From assembly GCA_951406725.2 (NCBI GenBank), contig OX597840.1, positions 34,534,001-34,598,000 on the forward strand: a DNA stretch of 64,000 nt, in the 5' to 3' direction. Both the position numbers and the translations under genes were made by a program. A model generated the notes under the pieces. It was given only the letters and a program-made list of their open reading frames with translations. It had not been told where the DNA came from and did not search any database. The DNA is from Octopus vulgaris (taxonomy: Eukaryota). Shown piece by piece: positions 52,017-64,000 of the stretch (its first letter is position 1; the number at the start of each line of letters is the position of its first letter).

Positions 52017-52451
52017 AAATGCAGTGTTAGTCATTATTATGTAAGCTACAGCATTTGGTAATCTTGAGGGAAATATTGCATGTTATTAGAGTCGAAGAAT
52101 TTCTTTTTGACTTTGGGATTTTTTATTCTCTATTTTAGATTCACATCAAGCTCAGATAATAATGGTGTACGTTTCTATTGCTTGTTTGCTCTTCGTAGCT
52201 GTTAATAGGCGCCATATGATGAAGTTGGTGTTGAGTTAAAATGCTATACTTTTAAGTATAGCTTTCTGCTGCTGCTGGATGCCCTACCTGTCACCAACTC
52301 TCACCTTTTCCCAAGCAAGGCAGGTCTTCCTCATGACCAGACATGTTTCCAATAAAGATTAGAAGTGAATGACATTGCTTGTGTTACAGTGACACTTAGC
52401 AAACAGACTCACGCATGCATGCATACATACATATAAGTATGTATATATTCA

Positions 52452-52485
<34 letters not shown>

Positions 52486-52598
52486 TGCACACATGTGTAT
52501 GTATGTATGTATATATATATATATATATATGAAAAGATGAATAGAAATGGCTTTTCTGATAATATATAATGCTGGACCAAAGACTTTCTATTTCTTAT

Positions 52599-52603
<5 letters not shown>

Positions 52604-52660
<57 letters not shown>

Positions 52661-52669
52661 GTATGTATG

Positions 52670-52718
<49 letters not shown>

Positions 52719-53090
52719 GTGATATATATGTATGTATATAAATGTGTATATATATGTCTATATATGTGTATATATGTCTATATATATATGTGTGTGTATA
52801 TGTATATATATGTGTATATATGTATGTGTATATATATATATATATATGTGTATATATATATGTATATATATGTGTGTGTATACATATATGTATATATATG
52901 TATGTATATATATCTATATATATGTCTATATATATATATGTATGTATATATATGTTTATATATGTATATATATGTGTGTGTATATATATGTGTGTGTATG
53001 TGTATTTATATATATGTATATATATGTATATATGTATTTATATATATGTATATGTATGTTTATATATGTGTGTGTGTGTGTATATATATA
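52604..53090. repeat. Long compound (TG)/(TA) microsatellite
   Basis: Seen directly. Explains the 175-231 aa ORFs here. Confidence 0.95.
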
Positions 53091-56000
53091 TCAAAAATAC
53101 AAAAATGGGACAAGAATGCAAAACATCCAAACAGACAATACAAAGAAAACAAGGACGAGTCATTTGGAGTTTTCTATCCTCAGTCGAGTTCCAAATTATC
53201 TTTGCCATTTCGGCTGGGTATACTCAAGATTGCTCCAATATGGTCAGCCCCAAGGAAAATCTAAGCTAAGAGTATTAGATTCCTTGGAAGAAAGCAGCAA
53301 ATATATATGAAGGCAAGGATGGAAAAAAACGGAGAATGTTATACAAATACAAATAACAGGACATAACAACAGGTGTCTTTCGACTAATGATGAATTGAAT
53401 TAAGCTGGCCTGTTTGAAAGTAAAGCCTTGTGGCAGGGACATAAGATTTGACAGGCACAGGGAAGAATATAGATGTTGCACGGATGGTAGTTGAACCAAG
53501 AAAGGTTAGGCTTGGACGAACACCGGTCACGGGGGGGAGAGAAGAGAGAGAGATGTAGAGGCAGAGGGATAGAAGAATTAAGGAGAGGCGAGTAAAAAAA
53601 TGAAAGGGGACATAGTGAAGTGAAAGAGGAAGGAAAGTGAGCATGAAGAGAAGGCCAGGAAATATGGGAGAGGGGCAACGAAGGAACGAAGAGTGGAATG
53701 AACGAAGTAAGCGTGAAAGGGCTGATAGAAGGAAGGAAAGAATGAAAGAATAGAAAGAATAATAGAGTCGTACAAAATTTAGATAAATATATACTTACAT
53801 AAAAGAAACCAAAGTGTACATACACCGCTGTATATTTTTATATATGTGTATATATATATGTATGTGTATATATGTATATATACACTTAAAATAAGTACCA
53901 GGCTTAAACAGTAAATACTGGGACTTATTTGTTCAACTAAGCCCTTCAAGACCATGTCCCAGGATGGCTGCAGTCCAATGAGTGAAGCAAGTGAAAGATG
54001 AAAGATTTGTGGGTTTACATGCTTTGTTCTTCATTTATTTTATTTTTTTATGCATTTATATATAAAAATTGTTTTTTTTTTCAGCAGCCCCAAAAAATCA
54101 AATAATTCTATTTTTGAGTTGGGCTCAGTTTTCTCCTTTGAAGTAAATACTTCTATAAAACCTTTAAATTAATATAAGTAACTTAATGGATTTAGAGAAA
54201 AAAAAAATTTTTTTTTCATATGTAATAATGTAAGATTTTTTTTTCTGTTTTATATTTTAAAATATGTCATTTTATAATCTTATGCCTCAATGTTTTCCAA
54301 TATTTTACTTATACTTTGATTTTCTGCTATTTTGTTTCTACGATTTTCTGATGAAAAGGGTATGTATCATCACGTTGTTTGGTTTAAAATTGTAAATGTT
54401 TTTTTTTTTCCTGTTTTAATGATTGCTAGAATGTAGTCCATGTATCGAGCAATAGTTTTGGTTATATGTTCGGCTGTGATGTTTTTTTGTTTTTTCTCCC
54501 CTATTTTTTCTTAGCTATTTTTTGATGGCTTATGGAAGGGTGTCTTTAGTTTAAAAATTGTATGTTGGTGCCCCAGCATGGCCACAGTCCAACGACTGAA
54601 ACCAGTAAAAAAATAAAAGAATACTTCAAGTTAAAAAAAATTTGTATATATTTATTTCTATTTCTATGTAAAGTATGCATGTATTTTATATATGTGTATA
54701 TATACATGTAAATTTGTAACTTGTATATGTGCATACATATTGCAGAAGCATTCTTTATGTTGGATATATTTATAGGGTCTCCTTTGATTGAGTAGATACA
54801 TAGGCTTAGGAACCGGGAGTGCAGGCACACCACCTTAAAATTTTGGTGGGGCAATAAAACCGCTTTGAAAATATCCTCCTGAAAAATTTGTCTCCTTAGC
54901 AAATTTTGTTCCTGCTCTTCTGACTAGATAGGGATACAGTTCAATATAGACATAAGGAATCCAATCACAGACTAAGGAAAAAAATACACATTCACATATA
55001 TATTTATCTGTGACAAGCATTCTCATATATCTATACATTATAGAAATTAAACACTCATGTTGTAAAGTGTGTGTATATATATATATATTTGTATTTATAA
55101 GGAGACACAGCACGTTGCCATTATAGAACAGAAAATGAAACTAATTAAAGAAATATGATTTGCTAACACTTACCAGTCTATCTATCTTTATATATTTATG
55201 GAATTAGCTGTGGATTCTTTATTAATTAGCAAAACTGCCAAACAAACATCAACACGCAGACACAGCAATAGTGGGAATAACTTGGGCTTAAACAGCTTAA
55301 CGAATTTTAAAAAGTTAATTTAAATCTGGTGATGATGATTTTTTGCAATTACATCATTCCATTGATCCTTGCTGCCTTCTACAAAAATGTGGCAATATTG
55401 GCACCGTTATGATGATTTTATCCTGAAGATGAGACTGAGAAGGTCTAGAGATGTTGAAAAAAAAATAAGAAAAATTATTAGTAAAACAAAACTAATGCTA
55501 TCTTACTAGGAAAATTTCTTATTTCCCATAATTATGGAAAAATGCTTAAGGCTTCGAACACTTATTAAACAAAAAATATTCTTTCAATTTTTGTTAGAAT
55601 TTTGTTTTAAGTTTAATTTTTAGTGCTTTGGTTGTAATTTACTATCTTTGAGCATTTTAATTTCAATTTAATTTTTTTTTTTTTTTTGCTGATAATTTAA
55701 TTATTGCAATCCACATTTAAAACTAAACATTTTACTGTTTCTGATTTATTAACTTGATATCATTTTATTAGGATTGCAAGTGTTACTCTACATCCTGCCA
55801 TTTCAGTTAATGATGCTTCATCGTATATACATCTTGATATAATTTCATCAAGTATTTATTTTCGAAGATAAAATATATACCAGATACTCCTTTCTGAAAA
55901 AAAATTTATATACATATAAATGTAGAAAAAAATATTTTTCTATTGATTAAAAAATGATATCACCAATTTTTTTTTTTTTTTTTGACTAATTTTAATAGAA

Positions 56001-56160
56001 ACATCTGACTAATTCATTAACTACAAATGACTGAAATGGTTAATTTGCAATTAGTAAACAGTTTTAAATTGACAGATGTTTCTTACATAGATGGATGGCT
56101 ATCCTTCCTCAATAACATTTCGCTGTTGTTGACTAATTTGAGTTTTATCATAATAACTAT

Positions 56161-56196
<36 letters not shown>

Positions 56197-56337
56197 GAAA
56201 GCATGAGTGCTGTAGGTAAATGTGAAATGATTGTGTATATGTTGTTGAACATACCACTTAAAGATATAGAAGTGAGATGGTGGAATAGCAAAGTATTGAT
56301 CGACTTGATTATATATACATCAGGAATATAAATCCAC

Positions 56338-56668
56338 TTCTTCTTCTAACCGCTCAGTCGAAGTCGACTCTCGGTCACTCGTTGGATCAGTGTCCTCCAG
56401 TCAGTTCTATCCTGGGCCGCTTCTTTCAGACTGGCTATGTCCATTCCGGTATCACTCTTGATGGTGTCAAGCCAGCGGGTTCTTGGTCGGCCTCTTCCTC
56501 TCTTGCCACTGACCATTCCGAGCATGATGTCCTTCTCCAGGGATTTTCTCCGCATAATATGACCGAAATATGCCAATCTATGCTTAGTGATCCCAGCTTC
56601 TAGCGACATTTTCAGCCTGATCTGCTTAAGAACTTCTCCATTGGTGAGCCTCGCTGTCCATGGAATCC
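56338..56668 (-). mobile_element. 5'-truncated RTE-BovB-like LINE (ORF C-terminus plus (GAA)n tail)
   Basis: Uninterrupted IPWTARLTNGEVLKQIRLKMSLEAGITKHRLAYFGHIMRRKSLEKDIMLGMVSGKRGRGRPRTRWLDTIKSDTGMDIASLKEAAQDRTDWRTLIQRVTESRLRLSG*, with aatccact at both junctions. Confidence 0.9.
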
Positions 56669-57339
56669 ACTACATATGCTTTATTTATTGTCTTTGTGGG
56701 GAAATTGGTTTATTCCCTACTTTGTTCTCATGACACTTGTCTGTCAGCCCTGGGTTACCGTATCATCTGGTTCAATCTCAGAATCTATCTCCAGTGACAA
56801 AGCAAACTGGGATGATAACTGGGTTTGATAGTCAAATTTTAAAAAAATTTTCATTTTGACACAGGCATGGCTGTGTGGTAAGAAGTTGGCTTTCCAGCCA
56901 CATGCTTCCAGGTTCAGCCCTCTGCATGACACCTTGGACAAGTGTCTTCTTCTGTAGCCACAGATTGACTAATGCCTTGTTAGTGAATTTAGAGACTGTG
57001 TGGAAGCCCATCATTTTGTGTGTGTGTGTTTGTCTTCCATTACTGTTTAACAGTCAATGCTGGTTTGTTTATGTCCCCATAAATTATTGGTTTGGCGAAA
57101 GAGTGATAGAATAAATACCAAGCTGGAGTCAGTTCATTTAGCTAGACCCCTTTCAGGCAGTGCCCCAGCATGGCCACAGTATAATGACTGAAACAAGTAA
57201 ACGATAAAAGATACTGAATTCCATGAAACCAGGACTAGATGCTGGTCCTTAAAATCCTCTTACCACAGTATTATATATAAAATCCTCTTGGTGCTTACCA
57301 CAGTGTTATATATATAAATTGTAGATTTAGCAAATATAA

Positions 57340-57665
57340 GACTAGTGCCCTAAGAATGTAGCTCAGAGATCAAGATGTTTCGCCAGGCCCAGCTCCTACT
57401 TCTCTGCATTGAGAGATCACAGCCCTGTTGCCGTAAATTATGTGATTAAAATGTCACAAGAAAGAATCGCAAGACCGATTCTTCAAGCTGAGCCAACCAG
57501 TGGTCGACTTAGGGATAGATGAAGAAGAAAATGGTTGGATAATATCCATAATCTCAGTTGGTTACACTTTGGAATCCAGCCAGAAAGTCTAACAACAGCT
57601 GCTTCTGATAGGACCCTATGGAGATGGTGCCTGAGGACTCTACTTCTAGAACCCTCCTAGACATA
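57340..57665 (+). mobile_element. Decayed RTE (Expander-like) LINE C-terminus
   Basis: Remnant LLLLCIERSQ...MSQERIARPILQAEPTSGRLRDR*RRKWLDNIHNLSWLHFGIQPESLTTAASDRTLWR. Confidence 0.75.
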
Positions 57666-58566
57666 GTGAGTGGAGAAGCTGAACAGATTATTATTCCGTT
57701 TTTTGTGTTGGGAAGGCCTAGTTTAATGGTGAGCAGTGTAAGTTGAAACAACCAGGAAATAAGCAAATCTCCTGTTTATAGCTGCTTAGGTAGACGTAGA
57801 TTATGCAATTGAGTTTTGATTTGCAATTGGAACTCTTTCACTTTTGCCTGGTTACTTATATCATTGACAGAATCATGACAGGAACCAGATAACATTTCAT
57901 TTCACTTAAAACATTTGAACCTGTGATCTCTGTCTCTCTCACACACACACACACACACACACGTTCACTCTCATGCTCTTGTATAGTGAAGGGTGAGTGG
58001 GGAAATATAAACAGAAGTTGAAAATAGCTGAAATGTTTTCAGAAAAGAAACAAAATATTTCCTTTTTTCAAGCATGTAAACTCCTTATAAAGATGATTTA
58101 ATTAGCTTGCATATTAAATGATATTTAGTATAGAAAAAAAAATATTGTTTTCTTTGGTAAAGAGTCAAATACCAAACATATACAAATGTCTAAAGGAAGA
58201 GAGAGAGAGAATGAATGAAGAGGTGTGAGTGAGTATAGGGGGGGTGAATCAAGATGTTCAAAATTTTATACTGTGTGTAATCTTCAATGTTGAACATAGA
58301 CAAATACTAGAGAAATCATTTAACTGGAAATAACAAATCATAAAGCCTTTCTACTTTTATATATGCATGCCTACACACACACTTCTCTCTTCTCTCTTTT
58401 TCCCTCTCCTCTCTCCTTATCTCTTCCTCTTCCTCCATTTCCTGTGTACCTACTTACCTATCTCTCCCCCACACACTCTCTCTCATATACAGACATATCA
58501 GTACCAAATTCATTGTTCACTCATTCCATTCCAGAGCATCAACCCTCTGGTATTCTTCCCCTGTAA

Positions 58567-58793
58567 GGTGGTGAGCTGGCAGAAACGTTAGCACGCCAGG
58601 TGAAATGTGTAGCTGTATTGTGTCTGCCGTTATGTTCTGAGTTCAAATTTCGCCAAGGTCGACTTTGCCTTTCATCCTTTCGGGGTCGATTAAATAAGTA
58701 CCAGTTACGCACTGGGGTCGATATAATCGACTTAATCTGTTTGTCTGTCCTCTCTGTGTTTAGCCCCTTGTGAGTAGTAAAGAAATAGGTATT
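58567..58793 (+). mobile_element. tRNA-derived SINE, family 2, with Nin/Deu-like domain
   Basis: GGTGAGCTGGCAGAA...GAGTTCAAATT (B box), then GCCTTTCATCCTTTCGGGGTCGATTAAATAAGTACCAG (Nin-domain-like). Flanked by the duplication ggtattcttccc(c/t)tgt. Confidence 0.8.
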
Positions 58794-59697
58794 CTTCCCT
58801 TGTGTACACCTTTTCCGTTAACTTATTACTCTTACTAGCATCAGAGGGCCTGCAAAAGCTGTGGCTGTAGCCCCAGCCCCTATCAGTAATAGCAATGTTG
58901 GTACCCTTGACTTTGATGTTCTCCCTGCTAATCATCTAAATCCTATCCTGAGCCTAAACAAAATGTAAAATTTTTAAACACTTTTGAAAAACTGTGTAAC
59001 AAAACCTGACTAACTTTTACAATAGTGAAATATAAAAAAAAAAATCTTCTGGGTTGCTTGCTTAACACATCAAATTCATCTCAGCTATTTTTATTGGCTA
59101 CAAAAGTCAGAATTACGGACACAATCTGACACCTTTTGATTAAGTGAATTGACAGAATTGTTAAAGCATTGGATTAAAGACTTACAATATTTTGTTAGTC
59201 TTTTCAGTCTTGAGCCTTACGTCCTGTTGAAGTCAATTTAACCTTTCATTATTCTAGTGTAGATAAAAAGTGTAGATAGAATATAGTACCAGCCAGGTAG
59301 TGGGGATCCATTTGATATTTCTCATAGAATATTCTGGATATGAATGAAATTACTAGTGCTGGTACCGTGTGAAAAACACCCAGTACCCTTTGTAAAGTGG
59401 TTGGTGTTAGGAAGGGTGTCCAGCCCCAGAAACCATGTTGAAGTAGACAGTGGAGCTACTTGCAATACCAGAGGGTGCACACTCTCCTACCCTGATGTAA
59501 TCTCCAGGGATACAGGCATCCAGCAACAGGACCTCCGCAATGCTATGATGGACCGTGAAGTCTGGCGTAGCATGGTAAATTCCATTGTCTCGACCATGGT
59601 CGAACAATGATGATGATGATGGAGCTGGTTGGTGCAACTCTCTGGTTCACCGTCTCCAATTGCACTTTCCAATCCATGCCAGCACGAAAAATGGGTG

Positions 59698-59733
<36 letters not shown>

Positions 59734-61073
59734 GATACCAAACAATGGAAGATTACTTGGTTCTATAAAAGTTTGCAAACTTAAGATGAGTTGATATTCT
59801 GTAGGGAGACAGGAATATTTTGATCAAAGTTATTCTTTGGAGAGAACTTTCCAAACTTAGCTGCTTTGTGGTATTATGATCATTTAAATAATTTCTCTCT
59901 AAAGAAAGGCTTTACTTGAAACAGCAATACCCATGCCTTTCTTCTTCTTCTGTAATTAGCAGGTACCTCATTATGGCCACTTAAACAGAAATTCTTTATT
60001 GAGCATGCCCTTTTGACTCTCTAATGTCATTAGTTTAAGAAAAAGAAAGCAGTGAGTTGGCAGAATTGTTAGTGTGCCAAACAAAATGCCTGGTGGTATT
60101 TCATCCGAAATTAGGGTGAGGTGAATTGGTCAAGGTTGATTTATTGCTTTTCCTTAATGAGTTTGAGGTTGATGAAATGAGTTTCAGTTGAGCCTTGAGG
60201 GTGATGCAATTGACTAATCCCTACCCCTGAAGTTGTTGTTGACCTTCTTCATGAAGTACAAATGTTGCACAAGATGACCTGCAGCACAGATCCCAATTCT
60301 AACAGTAACAACCCAACTACTGATATATCGATGTGTAACAGGATGAGAGATTCCCGCACTGGATGGGTGCAACTCGCATCCTTTACATTAAATATTGATC
60401 GAAGAAAGAGTCAAGATTTCTGATTAACTTCAGCAGTATAAATATTTATTCTTTGATTCGCAAATATAAACATTTCCTTCCCCTGGGCGAATCGGCAACC
60501 TAGGAACTTATTGGCAACAGTCAAGTGGAGTGAGTCAATCCTGCCCGTTCAAGCATAGCGGAGATGCGCCACGAGGTAGCACACGAGAGAGCTGATGAAG
60601 ACATGTCTGTCTTGTTCAGCTGCTAGTGTCCAAGAGAGCGATACAAAAGAATCACATTAAAATGTAAATGCTTGTGGAATACTCAGGCAGGCTTGGCTGG
60701 GCAGTTAAGCAGTTCACATTGCAATCACGTGGTCTTGGATCCCCACTGCACTGCACCATGGGCAAATATCTTATATATTAGACCCTGGGCACACAGGTGC
60801 CTTCTGAGTGAATTTGATAGACAGGAAACTGAAAGAAGTTTGTTACACACACACGTGCGCGTGTGTAGATGTGTATATCTTTGTTTTTCACCACTGCCTG
60901 ATAACCAGTGTTAGTTTGTTTACGTTCCCATAACGTAGCAGCAAAATTGACCAATAGAATAAGTCCTGAGACTTAAAAAACAAGTACTGGGGTCGGTTTG
61001 TTTGACTAAGACCTTCAGGGCAGTGCTCCAGCATGGCCACAACAGTCCAGTGACTGAAACAAATAAAAGAAGA

Positions 61074-61442
61074 CTAGCACTATGACCTGGCGTTGCTGGG
61101 TCATAGTGCTAGTGCATGCATATACAGCTGCATGCATGCGCACATACACGCGAGTACTGTCCAGATCTCTGGCCAATCACATACAGCTAGCTGGCATTCA
61201 ATTGGCGTATTAAGTTTCGGGCATTTGGATTAGGTTTTGGATAGAAAATTCACAAAAAAGTCACTTCTATTGATTTTTTTAATGGCTTTGCGGGGTAACT
61301 GGGGAAATGTAAAGATGTGCACGACCACCCTTGGACGGTTTTGATTGACCATAGAAAGTGCGAGCCCTCTAAGTGAAAAACTGTGGATTTGTATAAAGGA
61401 CACACACACAGACAGACATTTTGCCGTTTATATATATAGAGA
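61074..61442 (-). mobile_element. Non-autonomous Helitron, family B
   Basis: Minus strand A|TCTCTATATATATAAACGGC... ends CTAG|T. Terminal hairpin actagcactatgacc-N11-ggtcatagtgctagt (61073-61113). Confidence 0.8.
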
Positions 61443-61542
61443 TTCACTTTCACTATGATGCATAGAGTAAGTAGTTTAATTGATTGTAAAATTGAATTCT
61501 CCACAAGAAACTGGTGGAAATTCATTTTACTGAGTGAGTGAG

Positions 61543-61794
61543 TCATCTCTTGTGAAAGGTAGGAGAGTCCAGTTTGCTGGACATTGTTGTAGAGCTGAAA
61601 AAGAGGCAATTTCTACTCTTCTCCTCTGGAAGCCATCTACTCGCAATACCAGAGGGTGCACACTCTCCTACCCTGATGTAATCTCCAGGGATACAGGCAT
61701 CCAGCAACAGGACCTCCGTAATGCCATGATGGACCGTGAAGTCTGGCGTAGCATGGTAAATTCCATTGTCTCGACCACGGTCGAACAATGATGA

Positions 61795-61831
<37 letters not shown>

Positions 61832-62100
61832 CATATCATCTCTTGTGAAAGGTAGGAGAGTCCAGTTTGCTGGACATTGTTGTAGAGCTGAAAAAGAGGC
61901 AATTTCTACTCTTCTCCTCTGGAAGCCATCTACTCGCAATACCAGAGGGTGCACACTCCCCTACCCTGATGTAATCTCCAGGGATACAGGCATCCAGCAA
62001 CAGGACCTCCGTAATGCTATGATGGACCGTGAAGTCTGGCGTAACAGTTAATTCCATCGCCTCGACCACGGTCGAATGATGATGATGATGATGATGATGA
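61543..62100 (+). mobile_element. Two tandem copies of an RTE/RTEX-like 3' end with (GAT)n tails (61543-61797, 61836-62100); other copies at 27135-27389(-) and ~59455-59620
   Basis: Encodes SLVKGRRVQFAGHCCRAEKEAISTLLLWKP...YPDVISRDTG...AMMDREVWR, typical of RTE-clade C-termini. Confidence 0.85.
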
Positions 62101-62614
62101 GTGAGAGAGAGAGAGAGTATGTGTGTGTGTGTGTGCTTATGAGGACATTTCTAGTACAGTCTCTCTCACTTACAGATCAATCATGTTTTAGGAACAGTCA
62201 TTTGTTTGATGAACATAAAAAGTTAATGTGTGTTTTTTTTTTGGTGCCAGATAACTAACTTGTTGGTTTTATTTCATGAACTGTTGATTTGTTTGTTTTT
62301 TGTTACTTGATCTAGACGTGTAGTTTCACATAGTTTCATAGAGTTGCCTTCCTCTTAATATTCATAAGTGTTGCACTTGCTGTGGGGTTGGGGAAAGAAA
62401 GGCTTGGTTCATAGATTTTAGAAGTGGAACAGTGTGACAGTAAAGCAAGCATCTTGCCATCACCTCTGTCTTAGCATCATCTGTTTAATGTTTTCCATAC
62501 TGGCATGGGTTCGTTAGGTGTGTACAGTAGTGTTCTATCTCCAGTTGCCACTCCCTGTTTCAGCTGAAATATATAACATTTTGCTTTACACCATCTTGCC
62601 AAAACGTTATGCCT

Positions 62615-62838
62615 CTTTCTTTACCACCCACAAGGGGCTAAACACAGAGGGTACAAACAAGGACAAACATACGGATTAAGGCGATTATATCGACCCTAGT
62701 GCGAAACTGGTACTTAATTTATCGACCCTGAAAGGATGAAAGGCAAAGTCGACCTCGGCGGAATTTGAACTCAGAACGTAACGGCAGACAAAATACCGCT
62801 AAGCATTTCGCCCGGCGTGCTAACAGTTCTGCCAGCTC
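62615..62838 (-). mobile_element. SINE family 2 copy with TSD; decayed copies at ~5186-5335, ~18680-18850, ~19690-19905, ~43700-43915, ~63297-63510
   Basis: Reverse complement of 58567-58793, flanked by gccaaaa(c/t)gttatgcct on both sides. Confidence 0.85.
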
Positions 62839-64000
62839 TTGCCAAAATGTTATGCCTGTGTGGTGAGACAGGAGCATCTCACTTGATCTGCTAGTAATAG
62901 CAGCCAAATCTCCCTTAAAAGGAATCTTTTGATAAATAAAGGACACATTGGAGAATACAGTTATAAATACAATAAATACTATATATGTGAAAGCTAAAAG
63001 ATGAGAGTGCTTTGTATGCAGAGATCTTGCTCAGTCAGGTCTAACCAAGGGCTGAACAATAACAATAATATTGATATATATTACATATCCCCAGCTGTAT
63101 TATTTTAGCATCCCAAGTTCATGTTGCACAGTTTGTTAATCTCTTCTTGTTACAGAACCTCTGGCTTGTCTGGTTATGCCTTCATTGAACGTAACAGCAT
63201 CACATTTAAGGCACTGTTATTATTAGCTTATCTTTCATGTAAAAGATGAGCCTCCAAGCTTTAGACACACACGTTGGGATGAAATAGATAGAATATTGGT
63301 TTCAAAATTTGGCACAAGGCCAGCAACTTTGTGGTTTGTGGGTAAATCAATTACATCAACCCCAGTGTTTCACTGTTACTTATTTTATCAACACCGAAAA
63401 GATGAAAGGCAAAGTCAACCTCAGCAGAATTTGAACTCAGGACATAAAAACAGACAGAATACTGCTAAGCATTTTCACTGGCATGCTAAAGATTCTGCCA
63501 GCTTGCCACCCTGGGGGTGAAATATTGGAAGTTTTATCATGGTACTTACTTACAGCTGGTTGCATGAGAAGTAATTAAGGTGTTTAGGACACAATCGTAA
63601 GATCCTTGTTTTGATTCCTAAACTGGGTGATGTTGTTTCAGGCGGTTCAGTTGTAAATGAGTAAACCTTGTGATGGACAGGTGTGTCTCATTGGAGGGAG
63701 GATGTTGTGGTGTCAGTCACACCATGGAAACTGGGTAACTGAACTGGCCTTTGGAGTGAGTCCTAGGACTTGACAAAGGACGATGATTATGTTGGATGGA
63801 ACAGTGGTAGCAGGGTCACTAGGCATCTGTCTGACCCAGCCAGTTGTGGTTCTTGCAAGCATGGAAAATTACATATTAAATATGACGATGATGGTGATGA
63901 TGATGGTGGTTGTAGTGATGAAGAGGAGGAAGAAGAAAATGGGGATAGTTTGAATGTGAAGTGGTTTTTTTTTTGGATTTCAAACTTGAGTCAACTGTCA

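Noticed and set aside
52569-53310. Longest ORFs in the track (175-231 aa)
   Set aside because: They are translations of a (TA)/(TG) microsatellite with no protein-like composition.
54350-54366. ATGAAAAGG|GTATGT possible exon end
   Set aside because: No acceptor or homology to the expected next Boule exon. A chance donor-like match is likely.
55422-55460. CTGAAGA...ggtctagagatgttg resembling a Penelope hammerhead
   Set aside because: No intact GAAA box.
60334-60656. TG...CA bounded, CpG-containing segment resembling a solo LTR
   Set aside because: No TSD and no second copy in the window, so it cannot be supported.

Overview
Eukaryotic, AT-rich, repeat-saturated animal DNA. The SINE families and microsatellite density suggest a cephalopod (octopus-like) genome, which is an inference. 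Almost all ORFs in the supplied track are microsatellite or repeat artefacts. The only host gene I can support is a + strand boule/BOLL (DAZ-family RRM protein), with three short coding exons at 35093-35209, 46882-46973 and 48436-48493. They have canonical GT-AG boundaries and splice in frame to ...APKYGTVIPNRIFVGGITTT|TTEAELKAFFTSYGTVKDTKIIADRGGVSKG|YGFVTFENQEDADRILKKE. The start exon is uncertain and I did not find the downstream exons in the window. The rest is intron or intergenic sequence filled with tRNA-derived SINEs (at least four families), RTE/BovB-like and CR1-like LINE fragments, non-autonomous Helitrons, piggyBac-, mariner- and GG-terminal (Merlin-like) MITEs, and Penelope-like inverted fragments. 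The most notable observations are: (1) a minimal Penelope-type hammerhead ribozyme with a compensatory G3-C8 core (1717-1767, - strand); (2) inverted repeats flanking in-frame boule exons, a possible circBoule or A-to-I editing architecture; (3) a near-perfect 196-bp-arm palindrome; (4) a tandem array made of a piggyBac MITE; (5) SINEs sharing a head but carrying different tails. Repeat boundaries are approximate unless a TIR or TSD is quoted.
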